Shown here: positions 40,657 to 51,609 of the stretch, piece by piece
Layout of the letters: each line of letters opens with the position of its first letter
Numbering within the stretch: the stretch's first letter is position 1
Assembly (NCBI GenBank): GCA_963743935.1
Contig: CAVURQ010000005.1
Location: forward strand, 34,625-98,624
From: an uncultured beta proteobacterium
Lineage (GTDB): Bacteria; Pseudomonadota; Gammaproteobacteria; Burkholderiales; Burkholderiaceae_C
DNA length: 64,000 nt
Reading direction: 5' to 3'
Program-made: the position numbers and the translations under genes
The notes under the pieces: model-generated
The model's input: only the letters and a program-made list of their open reading frames with translations
What the model was told of the DNA's origin: nothing
The model's database searches: none

Positions 40657-41703
40657 ATGTCCAAGAACCCGCTGGCCGGCTTCGAAGTGCAGCGCTCGGC
40701 GATCGTCAATGTGGGCCACGAGCTGCAGCGCCCCGAATGCATCCTGGCCGAACGCGACGGCACGCTGTGGTCGGCCGATGCACGCGGCGGCGTGATGCGC
40801 ATCGCCGCGGATGGCAGCCAGCGTTTCATCGGCCAACGTGCCAGCGAGCGCTTCGGCAAGCTCGAAGCCGGCACGGCCGAGGCGATGGAACACAAGTTCA
40901 CCGAGGGCACGCTGCCCAACGGCCTGGCCTTTGCCGCCAACGGCGACATCCTGATCGCCAACTTCGGCACCGACCTGCTCGAAGTGATGACACGCGACGG
41001 CGCCACGCGCACCTTGCACGACCGCATCGACGGCCAGCCGATCGGCAAGGTCAACTTCGTGCTGCGTGATTCGAAGAACCGGCTGTGGATCACCGTGTCG
41101 ACGCGTGTGAATCCGTGGACCAAGGCCTCGGCCAGCCGCGTGCGCGACGGTTTCATCGTCGTGCTCGACGAACACGGCTTGCGTGTCGTCGCCGACGGCT
41201 TCAGCTTCACCAATGAAGTGCGGCTCGATGCGCGCGAGGAGTGGCTGTACATCGTGGAGACCACCGGCCCGTGCATCAGCCGCATGCGCCTGGTGGAGTC
41301 GCCACGGGGTGTGAGCCTGGCGCAGCGCGAAGTCTTCGGCCCCACCGACCTGGGGGGTCCACCCGACGGCATCGCCTTCGACGCCTTCGGCAACCTGTGG
41401 TGCACGCTGGTCATGGTCGATCAATTGATCGCGCTGACGCCGCAGGGCGACAAGCTGCTGCTGCTCGACGACGGCGATCCCGCCGCGTCGCAGAACCTGC
41501 TGCGCAAGATGAAGGACGGCAGCTCGACGCCCGAGGACATGCTTCGTGCACGCGGCACGGTGGCGCCCTGGATGGCGAGCATCACCTTCGGCGGCGCAGA
41601 CCTGCGAACCGTCTATCTCGGCAGCCTGATGGGCACGACGATCCCCAGCTTCCGCTCGCCCGTGGCCGGGCTGCCGATGGTGCATTGGCACGAGTCCCAC
41701 TGA
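40657..41703 (+). CDS. SMP-30/gluconolactonase-family lactonase
   Basis: RPEC, PNGLAF, FTNEVRLD, PDGIAFDAFGNLW, SITFGGADLRTVY. Confidence 0.88.
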   Translation: MSKNPLAGFEVQRSAIVNVGHELQRPECILAERDGTLWSADARGGVMRIAADGSQRFIGQRASERFGKLEAGTAEAMEHKFTEGTLPNGLAFAANGDILIANFGTDLLEVMTRDGATRTLHDRIDGQPIGKVNFVLRDSKNRLWITVSTRVNPWTKASASRVRDGFIVVLDEHGLRVVADGFSFTNEVRLDAREEWLYIVETTGPCISRMRLVESPRGVSLAQREVFGPTDLGGPPDGIAFDAFGNLWCTLVMVDQLIALTPQGDKLLLLDDGDPAASQNLLRKMKDGSSTPEDMLRARGTVAPWMASITFGGADLRTVYLGSLMGTTIPSFRSPVAGLPMVHWHESH

Positions 41704-41733
41704 GCACGCCACCTGTCAACCAAGGAGTTCACC

Positions 41734-42540
41734 ATGCCGCGCAAGTTCGTCGATCTGTCGATCTATCTCGAAAACGATGTGCTCAGCGATCCGCCGGCCT
41801 TTGCGCCGAAGATCCAGTACTTCACCCACGACAACACCTACGAACAGATCGAGCCCTTCTTTCCCGGCTTGAAAAAGGAAGACCTGCCCGACGGCGAAGG
41901 CTGGGCGGTGGAGCTGGTCAACCTGTCCACGCACAACGGCACGCACCTGGATGCGCCGTACCACTTCCACAGCACGATGAACAAGGCGCTGGGCCACAAG
42001 GAGCGCGCCATCGCGATCCACGAGGTGCCGCTCGAATGGTGTTTCCAGCCGGGCGTGAAGCTGGACTTCCGGCATTTCGCCGATGGCTATGTGGTCACCG
42101 CCGCCGACGTGCAGGCCGAGCTGGAGCGCATCGGCCACACGATCGAGCCGCTGGAGATCGTCGTCGTCAACACGCGTGCCGGCTCGCGTTATGGCAGCGC
42201 CGACTACGTGTCCTCCGGCTGTGGCATGGGCTACGAGGCCACGATGTACCTGCTCGAACGCGGCGTGCGCCTGACCGGCACCGACGCCTGGAGCTGGGAC
42301 GCGCCCTTCGTGCACACCGCCAAGAAGTACGGCGAGACCAAGGACGCGTCGCTGATCTGGGAAGGCCACAAGGCCGGCCGCGACATCGGCTACTGCCACC
42401 TGGAAAAGCTGCATAACCTGGAGGCGCTGCCCGCCACCGGCTTCACCATCAGCTGCTTCCCGCACAAGATTCGCGGCGCCTCGGCGGGCTGGACGCGTGC
42501 GGTGGCGATCTTCGACGAGCGGCTGCTGGCCAAGGCCTGA
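41734..42540 (+). CDS. Cyclase-family (kynurenine formamidase-like) metal hydrolase
   Basis: THNGTHLDAPYHF (HxGTHxDxPxH), GTD, WEGH, HLEKL, GWTRAVA. Confidence 0.9.
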   Translation: MPRKFVDLSIYLENDVLSDPPAFAPKIQYFTHDNTYEQIEPFFPGLKKEDLPDGEGWAVELVNLSTHNGTHLDAPYHFHSTMNKALGHKERAIAIHEVPLEWCFQPGVKLDFRHFADGYVVTAADVQAELERIGHTIEPLEIVVVNTRAGSRYGSADYVSSGCGMGYEATMYLLERGVRLTGTDAWSWDAPFVHTAKKYGETKDASLIWEGHKAGRDIGYCHLEKLHNLEALPATGFTISCFPHKIRGASAGWTRAVAIFDERLLAKA

Positions 42541-42544
42541 AGAC

Positions 42545-43865
42545 ATGGCGCTGAACCACACACACGACCCTGCGGTTCGCTGCTGGCTCGACGCGGCCAA
42601 CCGCGAGGGTGGCGACTTTCCGATCCAGAACCTGCCACTGGCGGTGTTTCGCCGCAAGGGCAGCGACGAAGCCTTTCGTGGCGGCGTGGCCATCGGCGAC
42701 CAGGTGCTGGATCTGGGCGCGGCCAGCGCGCACTTGGGTGCCGCGTGTGCCCAGGCCGCCGCCGCGTGTGCACAGCCGGCACTGAACGACTTCTTCGCAC
42801 TCGGCCCTGCCGCTTGGCAGGCGCTGCGCCACGGCCTGTTCGCTGCGCTGCGCAGCGATGCCGATGCGGCCACGGCGCAGGCGTTGCGCTGCGCGCTGGT
42901 GCCGCTGGCCGACATCGAACATGCGCGTGCCGCTGCGCATCGGCGACTACACCGACTTCTATACCTCGCTCGACCATGCCGCCAACGTCGGCAAATTGAT
43001 GAGCCCGCCGCTGCCGGTGATGCCCAACTTCCATTGGCTGCCGATTGCCTATCACGGGCGCGCCTCGAGCATCGGCGTCAGCGGGCAGAAGTTCCACCGG
43101 CCGATGGGCCAGGCCATGCCACCGGGTGCCACGGCGCCTACGTACGGGCCTTGCGCGCGACTGGACTACGAACTTGAACTGGGCGTGTTCATCGGACAAG
43201 GCAATGTGCAAGGCCAGCCGATAACGCTGGCGCAGGCCGAAGAACACATCTTCGGTCTGTGCCTGCTCAACGACTGGTCGGCGCGCGACCATCAGTTCTG
43301 GGAAATGGCGCCACTCGGGCCCTTCCTCGGCAAGAACTTCGCGACCACGATCTCGCCGTGGATCGTCACGCTGGAAGCCCTGGCGCCGTATCGGCTGCCG
43401 TGGACGCGACCGGCGGATCATCCGCAGCCACTGGCCTACCTCGAATCGGCCGCCAACCGCGCCGCGGGTGCGCTGGACATCCAGCTCGACGTGCGGCTGG
43501 ACACCGCGCAGCGCCGCGCCATGGGTGTGGCGCCGGCACCGCTGTCGCGCACCAGCTTTCGCCACCAGTACTGGAGCATCGCGCAGATGGTCGCGCAGCA
43601 CACCGTCGGCGGCTGCAATCTGCAGCCGGGCGACCTTCTGGGCACCGGCACCATCTCAGGCCCTTCTGCGGGGGAAGCCGGCGCGATCATCGAGCTCAGC
43701 GAAGGCGGGCGCAAGGTCTTGAAGCTGGAGGGCTCGAACGAAGAACGCACGTTCCTGCAGGACGGCGATGCGGTGATCCTGCGCGGCTGGTGCGAGAGGC
43801 CGGGCCACACGCGCATCGGCTTCGGTGAATGCCGCGGCGAGGTGCTCGCAGCGCGCGCCGGGTGA
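42545..43865 (+). CDS. fahA: Fumarylacetoacetase (frameshift near 42921)
   Basis: DFPIQNLP, IGDQVLDL / IGDYTDFY, PIAYHGRASS, LDYELELG, NDWSARD, LGPFLGKNF, GDLLGTGTISG. Confidence 0.9.
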
Positions 43866-43889
43866 AGAACCGGCTCGGTTCGAGGCGCG

Positions 43890-44837
43890 CTACTGATCGT
43901 CCATCGCGCTCTGGTGGCGCTTGATGAATTCCTGGTAGGTGTCGATGCCGCGCAGCTGCAGCACGGTGTTGCGCACGGCGGCCTCGACGAGCACCGCCAG
44001 GTTGCGCCCGGCATCCACCGCGATCACCACCTTGCGCACGCCGATGCCCAGGATGTCTTCGTACAGCGGCTCGTAAGGCAGGCGCTCGAACTCGCGTTCC
44101 ATCGTCTCCTTGCGCACCAGGTGCACGATCAGCTTGAGCTTCATCTTGCGGCGCACGGCGGTCTCGCCGAAGATGGCCTTGATGTCGAGCAGGCCGATGC
44201 CGCGCACTTCCAGCAGGTTCAGCAGCAGGTCGGGGCAGCGCCCTTCCAGTGAGGTTTGCGACACGCGGTACAGGTCCACCGCGTCATCGGCCACCAGGCC
44301 GTGCCCGCGCGAGATGAGTTCCAGCCCGAGCTCGCTCTTGCCCAGGCCGGATTCGCCGGTGATCAACACGCCCAGTCCCAGGATGTCCATGAACACGCCG
44401 TGGCGCGTGGTGCGCTCGGCAAACAGCTGCGCCAGGTAGGTGCGCACCACGTCGATGACATGGCCGGCCGATTCGGCCGTCTGGAAAAGCGGGATCTCGG
44501 CGCGGTCGCACATCGCCACCAGCCGCGGCGGTGGCACCTGCTCGTCGGCGACGATCAGCACCGGCGGCTCGAGCGTGACGATGCGCGAGATGCGGCGCTC
44601 CTGGTCTTCCGGTGCCGACGCATGCAGGTAAGCCACCTCGCGGCGGCCGACGATCTGCACTCGGTACGGGTGGACGTAGTTCAGGTAACCCACCAGGTCG
44701 GCCGGCGAGCGCGCATCGCGCACCGCGTCGTCGTTGAAATGGCGCTCGGGGTGGGCGTGGCCGGCGATCCATTCCCAGCGCATGGCCAGGCGGTGCGCCT
44801 CGAACAGCGCTTCGGCGCTGATGGTGCTGGGTTTCAT
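43890..44837 (-). CDS. hprK: HPr(Ser) kinase/phosphorylase
   Basis: [39 protein letters not shown]. Confidence 0.96.
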   Translation of the reverse strand: MKPSTISAEALFEAHRLAMRWEWIAGHAHPERHFNDDAVRDARSPADLVGYLNYVHPYRVQIVGRREVAYLHASAPEDQERRISRIVTLEPPVLIVADEQVPPPRLVAMCDRAEIPLFQTAESAGHVIDVVRTYLAQLFAERTTRHGVFMDILGLGVLITGESGLGKSELGLELISRGHGLVADDAVDLYRVSQTSLEGRCPDLLLNLLEVRGIGLLDIKAIFGETAVRRKMKLKLIVHLVRKETMEREFERLPYEPLYEDILGIGVRKVVIAVDAGRNLAVLVEAAVRNTVLQLRGIDTYQEFIKRHQSAMDDQ

Positions 44838-44883
44838 GCGCTGTGCGCGTGCCCGGTACTCGGCAGGGCCGGCATGCGTGCGC

Positions 44884-45354
44884 TCAGGCAGCCGATTTCT
44901 GCGCCTGCCAGTTGGCGATGAGCTGGTGCACGGCCAGCGCATCGGGCTCGCTGACCAGGCGTTCGCGCAGTTCGCGGTCGGAGAGCATTTCGGCGATTTC
45001 CGACAGTATTTCCAGGTGCCGCTGCGTCGCCGCCTCGGGCACCAGCAGGAAGATCAACAGGCTGACTGGCGCGTCATCGGGGGAATCGAAACCGATCGGC
45101 GTATTGGTGCGCAACACCGCCGCCAGCGGGTTCTTCAAGCCCTTGATGCGGCCATGCGGAATGGCCACGCCATGCCCCAGGCCGGTGGAGCCCAGGCGTT
45201 CTCGCGCGAACAGGTTGTCTGTGACGGTGCCGCGGGCGATCGAGTGCTGGTTCTCGAAAAGCAGGCCTGCCTGCTCGAAGACCCGCTTCTTGCTTGAGGC
45301 ATCGACGTCGACCAGCACGTTGCTGGGCGGCAATATGGCAGCGAGACGGTTCAT
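44884..45354 (-). CDS. ptsN: PTS EIIA(Ntr)
   Basis: [33 protein letters not shown]. Confidence 0.95.
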   Translation of the reverse strand: MNRLAAILPPSNVLVDVDASSKKRVFEQAGLLFENQHSIARGTVTDNLFARERLGSTGLGHGVAIPHGRIKGLKNPLAAVLRTNTPIGFDSPDDAPVSLLIFLLVPEAATQRHLEILSEIAEMLSDRELRERLVSEPDALAVHQLIANWQAQKSAA

Positions 45355-45593
45355 GTCGATGGCGCCACCCGATGCGCCGATAAGACAACGGCGCGCGGAA
45401 CGGGTTTGTTGCAGAGATGTGAATTATAGAAACGGGCCCACTTGCGCAGCAGGGCTAATGACCCCGGAAATAAGGGGATTGGCCCCAGTGTGCTGCGCCG
45501 CAGCAACGGTTGTGCCAAAGCAGCCTCCAACGCAGGGGCTGCCGGCCGCCTTGCCGGGGCCTTCGAGCGGCGCGGCAAGCGGCCGCGTGCGGC

Positions 45594-45935
45594 TCAAACC
45601 GCGCCGATGTCCAGCCGCTTGGCCGCGACGTGGTGGTGTTCCTGGGTGCGGTCCTTGTGGCGCACGACCTGTCGGTCGAGCTTGTCCATCAACTGGTCGA
45701 TGGCGGCGTACAGATCCTCATTCGCCTGTTCGACGAAGATGTCGCGCCCCTTCACGTGCAATGTCACCTCGCAGCGTTGCCTGCGGTCCTTTTCCTTCTG
45801 CTTCTCGACGGTCAGCAAGACGTTGACATCCACAACTTGATCGAAATGTCGAGTCACGCGTTCCAGTTTGGCGAGCACGTACTCGCGCAAGGCGGGGGTG
45901 ACTTCAAGATGATGTCCGCTGATCGTCAGGTTCAT
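45594..45935 (-). CDS. hpf: Ribosome hibernation promoting factor
   Basis: [20 protein letters not shown]…DLYAAID…KLDRQ; [10 protein letters not shown]. Confidence 0.95.
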   Translation of the reverse strand: MNLTISGHHLEVTPALREYVLAKLERVTRHFDQVVDVNVLLTVEKQKEKDRRQRCEVTLHVKGRDIFVEQANEDLYAAIDQLMDKLDRQVVRHKDRTQEHHHVAAKRLDIGAV

Positions 45936-46179
45936 CAGTGCCTCCTTTTCGGGGGTGGTGGGAAGGGTGGGGTGGGGGGAAGAGGCGGTGCCGGAGCACG
46001 CAAGGCGTTGATGGCAGTGTGCTACCGAAAGCAGGGCCTGACAAGCGATCCCTGGTGCCCGAGGGGTGGCCTGGACGCAGGCGCATCCGTCAAGGTGTGT
46101 GCAAGTGCTCGAATCCGTGCGGCGCACGCCGCAATCGCGTTCTTCATGCGCAGGCCGTGTGCGGCAGCGTGCATTGCCG

Positions 46180-46373
46180 GTGTGATAATTCAGGGCTCCG
46201 ATTTCGATAGAGGCAATCTTGGACCAGAGTCACCCTCGGTGACCGTCCACTCCGGCGGTGAAGCCACGTGGTGGCTTGCAGAATGCCCGCGGGGTGAGGC
46301 GGTCGAAACCGATCCTTCCCCGTAATCCCGATGGCGCTGGTCGAGCAGCCGCCCGAGCGCGACGGAGTCACCG
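46180..46373 (+). promoter_or_regulatory. Structured 5' leader of corA with a 7-codon micro-ORF
   Basis: -10-like GATAAT near 46184; GAGG then TTG GAC CAG AGT CAC CCT CGG TGA (46219..46242); hairpins GTCACC-CTC-GGTGAC and AAGCCAC-GTG-GTGGCTT. Confidence 0.45.
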
Positions 46374-47348
46374 ATGCTGAATGTGTTTACGCTGGAGAAT
46401 GGCCGCCTGAGCGGTCGCATCTTCCAGGAAGAAGTCGACCGTCTCGACCTGCCGGGCCAAGTGCCGCCGGTGTGGGTGGACATGGAAGCGCCCACGCCGG
46501 AAGAGAAGGCCTGGGTCGCGGCGCAGTTCGGTCTGACCATCCCCGACAACATCGTCGACGACGACCTGGAGGAATCGGCGCGCTTCTACGAAGAGGACAA
46601 CGGCGAGCTGCACATCCGCTCCGACTTTCTCATCGACGACGACATCACGCCGCGCAACGTGCGCGTGGCCTTCATCCTGTGGCGCAGCATGCTTTTCTCG
46701 GTGCATGCCGAAGACCTGCCGGTGTTCCGCCTGCTGCGGCTGCGCGCACGGCGCATCCCGTCCCTGATCGAGGACGCGAAGGACGTGCTGCTCAAGCTGT
46801 ACGACGCCGACGCCGAATACTCGGCCGACGCGCTGGAGGGCATCTACGACAGCCTGGAGAAGGTCAGCGCCAGCGTGCTCAAGCAAGGCGTCAACGACCA
46901 GGCCGCGGGCGAGGCGCTGTCGGCCATCGCCAAGGAGGAAGACCTGAACGGCCGCATCCGCCGCAACGTGATGGACACGCGCCGCGCGGTCAGCTTCATG
47001 ATGCGCAGCCGCATGCTCAACGCCGAGCAGTTCGAGGAGGCGCGGCAGATCCTGCGCGACATCGACTCGCTCGACAGCCACACCACCTTCCTGTTCGACA
47101 AGATCAACTTCCTGATGAACGCGACGGTCGGCTTCATCAACATCAACCAGAACAAGATCATCAAGATCTTCTCGGTGGCCAGCGTGGCGCTGCTGCCGCC
47201 GACGCTGATCGCCAGCATCTACGGCATGAACTTCCGCTTCATGCCCGAGGTGGACTGGGCCTGTGGCTACCCGTTTGCGCTGGGGCTGATGGCGGCGTCG
47301 GTGGCCGCGCCTTTCATCTACTTCCGGCGCAAGGGCTGGTTGCGTTGA
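46374..47348 (+). CDS. corA: Magnesium/cobalt transporter CorA
   Basis: EESARFY, QNKIIKIFS, PPTLIASIYGMNF (GMN signature), RKGWL. Confidence 0.96.
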   Translation: MLNVFTLENGRLSGRIFQEEVDRLDLPGQVPPVWVDMEAPTPEEKAWVAAQFGLTIPDNIVDDDLEESARFYEEDNGELHIRSDFLIDDDITPRNVRVAFILWRSMLFSVHAEDLPVFRLLRLRARRIPSLIEDAKDVLLKLYDADAEYSADALEGIYDSLEKVSASVLKQGVNDQAAGEALSAIAKEEDLNGRIRRNVMDTRRAVSFMMRSRMLNAEQFEEARQILRDIDSLDSHTTFLFDKINFLMNATVGFININQNKIIKIFSVASVALLPPTLIASIYGMNFRFMPEVDWACGYPFALGLMAASVAAPFIYFRRKGWLR

Positions 47349-47383
47349 CGCACGGGCGCCAGCCGGACGTCAGCTCGCGTGCC

Positions 47384-47896
47384 ATGCACGACAGGGTCGT
47401 GTGGCGCGTACGCTCGGCATGGCTTCGCCACTGCGCCTGCGGGATGTCACGGCGCTGGCGTGGCTGCGGCCGTGTGTTGCTGCCGGCGGCCGGCGAGCGC
47501 GCAGTTCGCGAGCCTGCGCCGCAGCCGCAGACGCCCGACGCGCTGCTGCCGTCCGACGCGCCGCAACGAGAAGGCCTACCGCAGCGACGCAGCGCGCCAC
47601 GTCTACGCCGCCTATCCGTCGCGCGTCCTCAAGGGCAAGGTGCCGCCGCTGGTGTATGCCATCGTGGTCACCGAGACCGAGATCGACGCACGCGGCAAGG
47701 TGCTCAGCGTGCGCGTCGTGCGCCAGCCGTCCTCGGCGACGCGAGGTCATCGCCCTGGGTGGTGTCGATGATCCGGCGTGCCTCGCCGCTGCCGCCGCCG
47801 GCGCGCATGGGCCGCGTGCAAGTTACGTCGAGATCTGGCTGGTGGACAAGTCGGGCCAGTTCCAGGTGCGCACCGCTGACCGAAGGCCAGCTGTAG
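47384..47896 (+). CDS. Hypothetical exported protein with TonB-C-like domain (several frameshifts; start uncertain)
   Basis: Spliced across frames: YRSDAARHVYAAYP…KGKVPPLVYAIVV…IDARGKV…WVVSMIRRASPLPPPARMG…YVEIWLVDKSGQFQ…LTEGQL. Confidence 0.6.
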   Translation: MHDRVVWRVRSAWLRHCACGMSRRWRGCGRVLLPAAGERAVREPAPQPQTPDALLPSDAPQREGLPQRRSAPRLRRLSVARPQGQGAAAGVCHRGHRDRDRRTRQGAQRARRAPAVLGDARSSPWVVSMIRRASPLPPPARMGRVQVTSRSGWWTSRASSRCAPLTEGQL

Positions 47897-47902
47897 CGCG
47901 CC

Positions 47903-48351
47903 TCAGCCTCTGGCGCACGCGCGCTTCAGCCAGCGCATCAGCGCGCCCAGCAGCGGCAGCTTTTCGTACAGCTCCTCGGCCGCGTCCCAGTAGTCGCGGT
48001 GCATGGCAATGCGGCCGTCGCCGGCAAAACGCAGGTGCGACGCGCCGCGGATGTGCATCTCGTCGGCGCGTGCAGCGCGCGCATGGCGAAACGGAAGTCC
48101 CAGCTCAGGAAACACTGGTCGCCCTGCGACGACGACGTCGCGGATGACGAAGCGCGGCTCGCTCAGCGCAGCGGAACATGTGCGCGAAGATGCGCTGGAT
48201 CGCGGCCACGCCCTGCACCTCGTTGAACGGGTCCTTGAAGCGCGCGTCGGCGCTGTACAGGCGCGCCAGTGCGCGCAGCGTCCTCGACGCGCAGGCGCCT
48301 CGAAGAACTCGACCACGCGCGCGCACGCGCGCATCGGCGTGGCGCTCTCAC
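47903..48351 (-). CDS. SnoaL/NTF2-like protein (frameshifted; start approximate)
   Basis: LYSADARFKDPFNEVQG…IFAHMF and GASHLRF…HRDYWDAAEELYEKLPLLG. Confidence 0.8.
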
Positions 48352-49145
48352 ATGGCGCCGTGCTGCGGCGGATGCACGCCGGCAAAGTACAGCGCGTCGT
48401 GCAGATGGCGCAGCGCCTTCATCCACAGCGTGAAGCGCTTCGGGAAGTGAATCTCGAATCGCCCCGCCTCCCAGCCGCGCACCATCTCCTCGGCTGCCTC
48501 CTCGGCGCGACGATCAGCGCCGGCATCTGGAAGTCGTTCTGCGTCGGTCAGCGGCGTGCGCACGAAGCCCGGGTTGACCAGCGACACCGCCGAGCCCCGC
48601 GGGCTCAGGTCCAGGATACAGCGTCTCGGCCAGGTTGATCAGCGCCGCCTTGGTCGGCCCGTAGGCCAGCGATTGGGCAGGCCGCGGTAGCCGGCCACGC
48701 TGGCCATCAGGCTCAGGTGGCCGCCCTGGCCGGCCGCGGCCTGCTTCAGCAATTGCGGCAGCACGGCGTCCAGCATGTACAGCGCGCCGACGTAGTTGAC
48801 CTGCTGGTGGCGCAGCGCCTCGTCCAGGTCGAAGGCGGTGGCGCGCATCGCGCTGTAGGTGCCGGCGCAGTACACCACCAGGTCGATGCGGCCATGCGCG
48901 CGCACGATGTCGGCGGCGGCGTCGTGCAGCCGTGCACGGTCGGTGGCGTCCAGCGCCATGCGCCTCGCTGCCCGGGTGCGCGCGCACGAAACTCGTCCAA
49001 GCGCGCTAGCGGTGCGCGCCGAGACGATGACCTTGGCGCCCGCGCGTGCAGCAGCGCGCGCAGTGGCGCGGCCGATGCCGGTGGACGCACCCACCAGCCA
49101 GACGATCCGCCCTTGCCAGTCGGTGATGCGCGGGTTCAGGGACAT
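48348..49145 (-). CDS. Short-chain dehydrogenase (several frameshifts)
   Basis: MSLNPRITDWQGRIVWLVGASTGIG, SVAGYRGLP, YGPTKAALINLAE, VNPGFVRTPLT, FEIHFPKRFT. Confidence 0.82.
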
Positions 49146-49153
49146 TGGGAGCG

Positions 49154-49688
49154 TCACTTCTGGTAGAAGGCCAGCGTGACCTCGCCGAGCCGGATGCCGA
49201 ACTTGCTCATCACCGCCTTGTTGAGCATCACGCGCTCGTCCATCAGGTACATCCAGTCGTCGAACTGCACCTCGTAGACCGTGCCGTCCACCGGCAGGCG
49301 CAGCGTGTAGCGCCAGTTCAGCGCGTTGCCGGCGGCGCGGCCCTCGGCCACGCCCACCACGTCGTCGGCGCGGCCGCTGTAGCGGCCGTCGCCCTCGTCG
49401 GTCAGGCGCCAGACGCGGCGCTCGGTGCTTGCCGTCGCTGTAGGTGAAGCGTTCGTCCAGCGTGCCCTGGTTGCCCTGCCAGGTGCCTGTCATCTGCACG
49501 ACGAAGCGGCGCTGCACATGGCCGCTGCGGTCGGTGAACAGGCCGTGCGCGACGAGCTCGCCGTTGAAGTAGGTCTTCAGGTCGAGCACCGGCTTTTCGC
49601 CCGCGTAGTCCGCCGGTGTCGGTGCGGCGCAGCCCCCCAGCACGAAGGCCATGGCGCCCGCGAGGCAAGCGCGTCGTCTCGTCGTCAT
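49154..49688 (-). CDS. DUF3833-family lipoprotein (frameshift near 49425)
   Basis: Lipobox LGGC; DYAGEKPVLDL..YFNG…LDERFTYSDG / FDDWMYLMD…MSKFG. Confidence 0.85.
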
Positions 49689-50999
49689 TCCAGCGATCCT
49701 TCAGGGCTGCGCAGCCAGCGCGCATACAGCATCGCGGCGGCGCCGAGTTTCAAGACACAGGGCAAGGCGCAATAGGCCAGGGTCAGCGCGGTCAACGCCG
49801 CGGGGTCGCGGCTGCCCGGCGCAAAGCCGAACAGGCCGAGCAGTGGCAAGGCGATGCCCGCGGCCAGCGCCAGGTTCAGCTTGGTGGCGAAGTTCCACCA
49901 ACCGAAGTACAGGCCCTCGGACTGACCACCGTGGCCCGCGCGGCGAATCACGCCGGCCAGCAACGCGCCGGGCAGGCTCAGATCGGCACCCAGCGCCACG
50001 CCGCTGGCCAGGCACACCAGCGTGAAGCCGATGACATCGCCGGGGCCCAGCCAGGCGGCCCAGGCAAAGGCGGCAATGGCCAGCAGCATGCTCGCCAGCC
50101 AGCTTCGCGCCAGGCCGAAGCGGGCCACCGCACGCACCCACAAGGGCATCGACAGCGCAGCCGCGAGGAAATAGCTGCCCAGGAACAAGGGCTCGAAGGC
50201 CGGTGCCTGCAAACGGTCGCGGATGAAGAACAGCACCAGCGTCGCCGGAATCGCGCTGGCGATGCCGTTGACCAGATAGATCGACAGCAGGCGCCGGAAC
50301 GAGGGGTTGGCCAGGGCGGCCTTCGTCGCGCCGGCGTGCACCATTGCAACGGCAGCGGGCGCGCGTGGCGCACGCCACAACAAGGCCAGTGCCAGCGCCA
50401 GCGATACGGCCAGTACCGCGCTGGTCACGCCCGCGCCCAGCGTCGAGCTGAGCACGCTGGCCAGCAGCACACCGACCAGCGCCAGCGCTTCGCGCCAGGA
50501 GACGATGCGCGCGCGCTGGCTGGCATCGCCACCCAGTCGCGCGCCCCAGGACTGGTGCACGATGCTCAGCACGCTGTAGCTCAGGTAACTCAACACCAGC
50601 GTCGCGCCGCACCAGGCCAGCAGGCCGGGCAGGTCGCGCATGGGCGGGTGGAACAGCGCAACGAAACCCAGCGCCAGCGCCAGCGCGGCCAGCGCGCACA
50701 CGCGCAGCACGGTGGGCGTTGCACGCGCGAACCAGGCGTCGCAGCGCCGGCCGATCCACGGGTCGACAAAGGCGTCCAGCAGCCGTGCCGCCAGCAGCAG
50801 TGCACCCGAGCCAGGCCAGCGGCACGCCAAAGGTCTGCGCGTAATGGTTCGGCAGCACCACATACAGCGGCAGCGCGACAAAGGCCAGCGGCAGGCCGAG
50901 CGCACCGTAGCTCAGGCCGTCGCGCCAACCTCCCTTCCAGGCATTGGACGGCGACGCGTGCGGCAGATGGCTCGGCGCTGCCGAGAGTGCGCTGCTCAC
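49685..50999 (-). CDS. MFS (GPH-like) transporter (frameshift near 50810)
   Basis: YGALGLPLAFVALPLYV; ARLLDAFVDPWIG; HQSWGARL; GLYFGWWNFATKL. Confidence 0.85.
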
Positions 51000-51608
51000 G
51001 AAGCCGCCTCGCGGGACCCCAGCAAGGCCTCGCGCAGCCGCGGCTGCGAGGTGCGTGGCGACAGCCAGATGCCGAAGAACAGTTTGGTGAATTCCGCGTC
51101 GCGCACTTCGCCCACCGACTTCGCATTGACGAAAAAGTGCGTCGCCTCACCCGGGCGCTGGATGCCGGTGATGCGGTCGCCGGCCTTGACGTCGGGAAAG
51201 ATCTGCTGCAATTGCGCCAGCCAGCGCTCGGCCTGCGCCGAGGCGACGGTGTCGATGCCGCGCATCTCCTCGATCGAGCGCTCGGCGATGGCACGGCCGC
51301 TCAAGGCGCGGGCGTACTCCAGCTCCAGCGCCAGGCTCGCCGCCTTCGGGTCGCGCAGCACCTCGGGGCCCTGGCCCCACAGGCGGATGTCGTAGACCAG
51401 CATGCCCAGGAAGCGCAGCCGACCTTGGCCGAGCAGCGTGGCGCCGGGCAGTTCGCTCGACACCTCGCTGGGCAGCGCATGGCGCTTGGCCAGGCGCGTG
51501 CAACGGCAGACCGGCGAGCAGCAGCGCCAGCGCGGCGCGGCGCCGAGACACGCCACCAGCCAGCATGCTTGCCGGCTGGCGGGCCGAAGGCGCTACGGGA
51601 GGTGTCAC
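50996..51608 (-). CDS. Chalcone-isomerase-like exported protein (frameshift near 51490; start approximate)
   Basis: GQGRLRFLGMLVYDIRLW, ALELEYAR, IFPDV..GDRITG, FFGIWLSPRTSQPRLREALLG. Confidence 0.8.
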
Positions 51609-51609
51609 T

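Noticed and set aside
46040-46062. Sigma-54 promoter upstream of hpf
   Set aside because: GG and GC dinucleotides are 11 nt apart rather than the required 10, and rpoN is not adjacent.
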